A DNA stretch of 64,000 nt from a candidate division FCPU426 bacterium (GTDB lineage Bacteria > Oederibacteriota > JAAXVQ01 > JAUVAV01): positions 1,070,624 through 1,134,623 of the forward strand of contig JBFLYH010000002.1 in NCBI GenBank assembly GCA_040756875.1, in the 5' to 3' direction. Made by a program: the position numbers and the translations under genes. Positions within the stretch are counted from its first letter, which is position 1, and every line of letters starts with the position of its first letter. Positions 19,701-25,700 of the stretch are shown here, in pieces. A model generated the notes under the pieces. That model did not search any database. It was not told where the DNA came from and saw only the letters and a list, made by a program, of their open reading frames with translations.

Positions 19701-22700
19701 AGTTCTGTCCGGTTGGCTTCGAATTTCAACCAGCCATTGGGAGAAGGGACCTATGCCAGAAAGGGCATGAGCGAACGGCCGGGCGCCGGCGTGGACGCTA
19801 ATGGAGTCAAGACCGAAGCTGGTCAGCAACGGTCGGCTATGCAGGACACGCAGGCCATGCTCAAAGGCGCACGCGAAGAATTGTCGACAGCACGTTCGAA
19901 TAAAGCGTCTGCGGAAGTAATCGGCCGCCTGGAAGCGAATGTACGGACCATAGAAGCGGCTGCCAAGAACTTGGAAACAGCCCTGAAAATCAAGGATCTG
20001 GAAGTAAGCCGCAGCACAGAGGGCAAAGCGCCTGAAACTGAACAAACCGCTCTGGAACGGCAGCAGCTGTCTTTGGCCAAAGACGCGATTGAAGGCAGAA
20101 ACACAGCCGAAAGCATACAAAAAGAAATAGCCAAGACAGAGGCGGACATCAGCAAATTGCAGGCCGAGGCCAAAACCGAAGCCGGTAAAACTGAAATCGA
20201 AAGCCTGACCGGCAAACTGAAAGGGTTGCAGGAGCAGCAGAAGCAGGCTGAACAGCAAATGAAAAATGCCGAACAGCAGTTGTCGCTTACCGACCAGATC
20301 CATCAGGCTCAACAAGATACCGGCCGTCTCAAGGGAGAATTGGACGAAGCCCGCAGCCAGAGAGACGCGGGTTCGCCCGAGGAGAGTTCGGCCAATGCCG
20401 CTTCGGTGCGCCGGCTGGAACAGGAAATATCCAAAACCCAGGCTGATGAAAAAGTCGGCCGGGAGCAGCAAAAGGTGCTTGATCTGCAAACCGAATTGTC
20501 CAAGGCCCATGCCCGGGGCGACTTGGCGGATTACGCTCAAATCGCGAAAGATCTGACTGCGGCCGAGCAGGGATTGCATCGATCCTTGACCGAGCAGAGT
20601 AATGCGCAGAAACAGTTCAATTCCTCGGTGGCCAAGGAAAGCCAGATGACTGTGTCCGGCAAACTGGAGGCCATGGCCCAGGCTTCTGGCATGAGTCGGG
20701 CGGTGCTGGAAACCAAAGTGGAGCAGGTCGTCGACAAGATAGGCGATCATACCCGGAGCCGGGCCGTAAAATCGGCTTTAGTGGACTTAATGAGCGGTAA
20801 CAGCCGTAACCCAGGCGAAGCCATGAAAGTATTGGAGCAAAACAGCCTCGGATTGAAAGCTTGCATGGAAGCCCTGGTGGCGAACGGTCTGGAAGCGCAG
20901 GCCATGAATTTCCTCGACCAGGTGGGAAAAACCAAGGGCGCGACTACGGCGGAACGCAACGCGGCGGCCGAATCCTTCGGGCTGCAGCCGCGGGGGTTGG
21001 AAGTGGAGTTGAACCGACAGTTGGGGGCCCAGCTTAAGGCGGAGAATCCGCTCGGCCTGGAAGGTGGATCTCGCCGCGGCATGACCAGGGAAGAGCGGAG
21101 TCAGCTGCTGAAGGACGTGGCTAAAAGTCTCACCTTGGAACAGTATAACCGTCTGATGCAGGCGCAGCTGAACGGCGAAAATATCACGAACCTGTTGAAA
21201 TCCATGCGGACCGAAGGCGCGGGAAAGAGCCTGAATGAAGTTCTCAAGGGAGATGTCGCAGGAAAAACCCAGGCGTTCGCGGAGCAATTGAGCAAGACCT
21301 TGAGCGAGGCCGGAGTGGAGATGAACGCCAGCCGGCGGCAGATGGTCAACGAAATTGCCGAGAAACTGACGCTGGAAAGCTATCGGCAATTGAGGTCGGA
21401 ATTGCTGACATCGCCTGATCCGGTGAAATCCTTGGAAACAGCTCTCCGGTCTGAGGAAAGCGTTATGCCGACGAAATCCGGGCAGAATGCAGCGGCTGAA
21501 CGTCTGTTGGGCGGGGAAAATAACCGGCTGGAGTCAAGCTACTCACCTGAGTTTGCCGAAACCCTTCAAGCATTCAGGGGTGAACTCGCGAAAAGCAACT
21601 CCGTGGATGAGGCGCTGCGTACAAAAGAAAACGTAGCCAAGGCGCTGGAGAAACTGACAAATGAAGTAGGGCAGCGTGAAGTGCAAAAACTGACTTCCAG
21701 CCTCAACGAGGCCCAAGTCAAGAACCTCTTGAAGGCCGAAACCGTTGAGATGGCCGAAGCCAGGCTTAAAGCGATGATGCAGGAATCGGCTGTTCAGCAA
21801 GCCGGCACGGAAGGAGCGGTCAATAGCCTCCAGCATGAAGTCAATACTCAAATGTCGCGGGTCGAAGGGCGTCTGGAACGACTGCAACAGGTGGAAGCGG
21901 CCAAACAAAAATTACACGACGCCAAACAGGACTATAACAACGCTAAAACGTTTGCGGACAAAGTGGCTGCGGAGAAAGCGGTCCAAAATGCTCAACAAAA
22001 CCTGCGCGTTACGGAGCTTCTGGCCGAGCGGAACCCTGCGGTCGGCAATGCCCTTGCCGAAGCCTGGGCCCGCTGGCAGGCGGAGCGGGGTCTGGCCAGC
22101 GCAGACCAGGTGCAATTGCGCATCCAGGTGGAGCAGGCGATCAGCTCCATTACCGATCCGGCCCTGAAGCAGTCCGTCAAAATGGAATTGGAACGCTTTA
22201 ATAAATTGCAGGAGTCGATCGAAAAGGATCAGGCGGCGCTGGGCCGTGCTAGCCGCTTTGGCAGCAGTAAGGGGCAGATCGAAGCACGGATGCTGGAAAA
22301 TATAAAGCAGCGGCAGAATCTGCTCGCCGAGTTGAACAAGTCCGGGCATGCAGACCGGTTGTTGGAATCCATGGAACTGCAAGGCATGACTTCGAGGAAA
22401 TTATTGGAACCGGCCGCAGGCCAGGCGGATGCGTTGGGGGCCACGATTAGAGATATACTAGGCAATTTGCGTGCAGAGCTGCTTCAGCCCAAAGCCTTAT
22501 CTGAAGCCCTAGGAGTGGACGTGACTAAGCTATGCCTAGAATTGGGACGCACCAGCGAAATATTCAATGAGAATGTAGTGCGCGAAACGATCGAGAAGAG
22601 TTTCCCTGAATTGGCTTCCAAGAGCGGTGCGATTATTGATGCCATGTCCAAGCAATTGCTTGCCGCAAATCTCCAGCCCGGGATATTGGCAAATGCGCTA

Positions 22701-25700
22701 GGCATAGCGGATGCATCTGCCTTGACCGGCTTGGTTGGGAAAGTTATGGAAAGCAATAAAACACTTTCCAAAACGGAAGTGGAAAACATTATTAAAGATA
22801 GTTTCCCGGAATTAATGGGCCGAAGCGCTGAAATAGCGGAGTTAGTAAGTAAACAGATGAAGTTCAGCTTCCCCACGATGGATGCCCTGCTGACCCAGGC
22901 CAACATTGCCAAGCAGCGCACAGAAATAGAAAAGCAGCTCGTTAAATCTGAAGCGCTTAAAGAAACCGGCATTGAAATAAACGGACAAACTCTGAAAATC
23001 ATCACTGAATTGATCGTGAGTTTCCAGCTGGATATAAATTACCGCAATTTTGCTCCCGAGTTGCCTATGCTGAGGTTCTTAGTGCGTCAAACAGAACTGC
23101 ATTATATGAATATGGAATTGCAAACGAAGAATCCGGCAATGAAAGTGGTTATCGGCGAGGCATTGCAACTGGCCATGGGCGGCGGCAAATCCTGTTCGCC
23201 CTTGGCTATGAAAATCGCAATGGATCTTTTCGCCCGAAACCACTCGGGAGTAGAGCCTCCGGCTATGTTATATATGACCGCGAACCCGACGTTGGTTAAG
23301 CAAATATTAGGCGAACATACTTTCATTAAGATGAGAAATGAAGGAAGGTTAGTAGAGCTTTCCAAGGAAGGAACGGAGGCTGAATTCAAAAAAGTTGTGG
23401 AAAGCGGATTCGAAAAAGGAAAGATGTACGTAACAGATAACGAAACGCTGAAACAAATCGTGCTTGATATGAGGAGTGAAGGCAAAACCGACCAGCAAAT
23501 CGCCAAACTGTTGCAAAAAGACCTTGGCTCCATCGGCTGGGACGAATTCCACGCGGCTTTCCACACCACGGATACCATCATCGGCGCCTCGGGCATTGCA
23601 CCGCTTTTAAGTCAGAAAGCCTTGAGCCAGCTCATGCCCATGACGATGAATCTGCTTAAAAATTACGCCGCGGTGCGGGAGTGGTTCAAGAGCAACGAAC
23701 TGGTCCGGCAAGGTAAAGAAAGCAAGCTGTTTGAAAATGTTGAGCAGGGGATGGGTAAAGAAGTCCGCGGCCAATTCCAGTTTACGCAGGAAGCGAAAGC
23801 GGAAATATTAGAACGGACCGGTCTGGATTACCGCAAAGCCAGCGACGCTTTCATTCTGGACAAAATTGCACAAACCTTGTCCATGAAGAACGGCAGGGAA
23901 TATTCGGGCCGATACAATGAAATCACTGGCCGAACCGAGTACGGCACCATGGAAGGTGGCGTAGGCAAACCGAACACTATTTTCGGCGACCAGATGCTGG
24001 CAACGTTTACCAATGCCGAGATCTTTCTCGAAGCCACCGGGCTAAAAGCCGAGCAGATCAGCCGCGAAGGATTTGCCGACACTTATCGTCCTTTCATGGA
24101 GTCCATGATCGAAGCTTTTGTGCATACGACGACCGAACGAGTGACCATGATGGAAGCCATGCACCTAGTCGGTTCGCAGAACATCGTAGGATTCTCCGGG
24201 ACGTTCGAAGGCATCCAGAATGTATTGCAAATGTGGGGTAAACAGCTGGTGCGTATCAACACCGAACCAGTGATTGACCTCATGCAAGTGGTTGGGAACG
24301 AAGCGTACTTCAGAGTGAAGATCGGGACAGATGTGCTGACCCTGGCCCGCGACATGCGGACCGGCGAAGTCAAGCTGACCCTGGGGCAGGAAGCCATTCA
24401 GGCCAATAAAGCCCTGGTGAATGACATTGTTTCGCTGATGGGCAAAAGGCTGGAAGTAAAGGGACTCGAGGCCGGGCAGACAATCAAAGTGGATGGCGTC
24501 CAGCGGAGCGTGAGCAGGGAGTGGCTCAATCGCGAAGGCGGACTGGATATTAAGAAATTGCAGGCGCGTTTTGGAGAAGGCGTGATTGTGCGCGAATTTA
24601 CCGGCGGCCGCCTCGTTTTGGATAACGTGTCCGTGAAAGTCACCGAAAAAATGGTCGATAAACCCATCCAGGGTGCGGAGAAATTCATCCGCCAACAGAT
24701 CGTGACCGGTGACTACAATGCGGCGCTCGGGGAATTGATGGGTGAAGTCAAGACGGCGTTGGGCCGGCAGGGCCGGACGGCGGAAATTAAAGACATCACC
24801 CGGGAAAGCGTAAGACGGTATCTCATGGAAAAAAATATCCAGGTGCCGCGTGAGACCGGTGCGGATATCGTTGAAGCCTTATTTAAAAACGGAGAATTGG
24901 CTACAAAGGTGTTGAAGGAAATGCTGCTACACCCAGGCGAAGGCAAAGTCCAATTGATACGGATCGACGGCATTGCACCGGAATTATGGACATATGCCAT
25001 GAAAGGCTTGGAATCACTAATTAAAACACCCGAGGGAGCTATGCAGGAGCGCGTGATTTTCGCCCCCAAGATCGGTGAAGGCTTGAATACCGTGGCGATC
25101 AAGGGCGATTTCATGAAGCGCATGGGTGCTGCCCTACACCAACTGGATATGCGCCCCCTGGATGTTTATCGTCAGACCATGAAGCGTTTGAACGTATATG
25201 AAGCCCGGGAGAACGGTCTGGACTTCAAACGCGCCCAGGGCCTGACCGGTATGTCCCTGGACTTCAACCGGCTGAAGAACGTCACCGGCAAGGAATACGG
25301 GGAGATGGAAGCGTTCGTCCAGGAAGTCAAGACGACGTTGGCCGGCGAAACCAGTCTGGGGGTTAAGGTGGAAAAGGGCGAATTGGCGGTGAACGATGCG
25401 GTTTCAGGCCGCAATGCCGAGCTGATCAAACGGTTCAATGACCTTCTGATCGGCGAAGGAAAAGTGGAGGAATTCCAGCAGGAAAGTGGAAAAACGGAGC
25501 TGGTTAATAAAAATTACAGCAGCCGGACTGAAGCGGGCGTGGCGAAAAGCATTCTGACCGAAGTGGATATGCAAAAAACCCGCGCGGCCCAGCAGACCCA
25601 AGCTGGAATCCAGTCGGAGACGACAGTGGATGTGGGCGTGGCCAAGGCCTCGCCCGAATACATGTCCAAGTTGGCCCGGAAAGTAGAGAGTAATCTGCCA

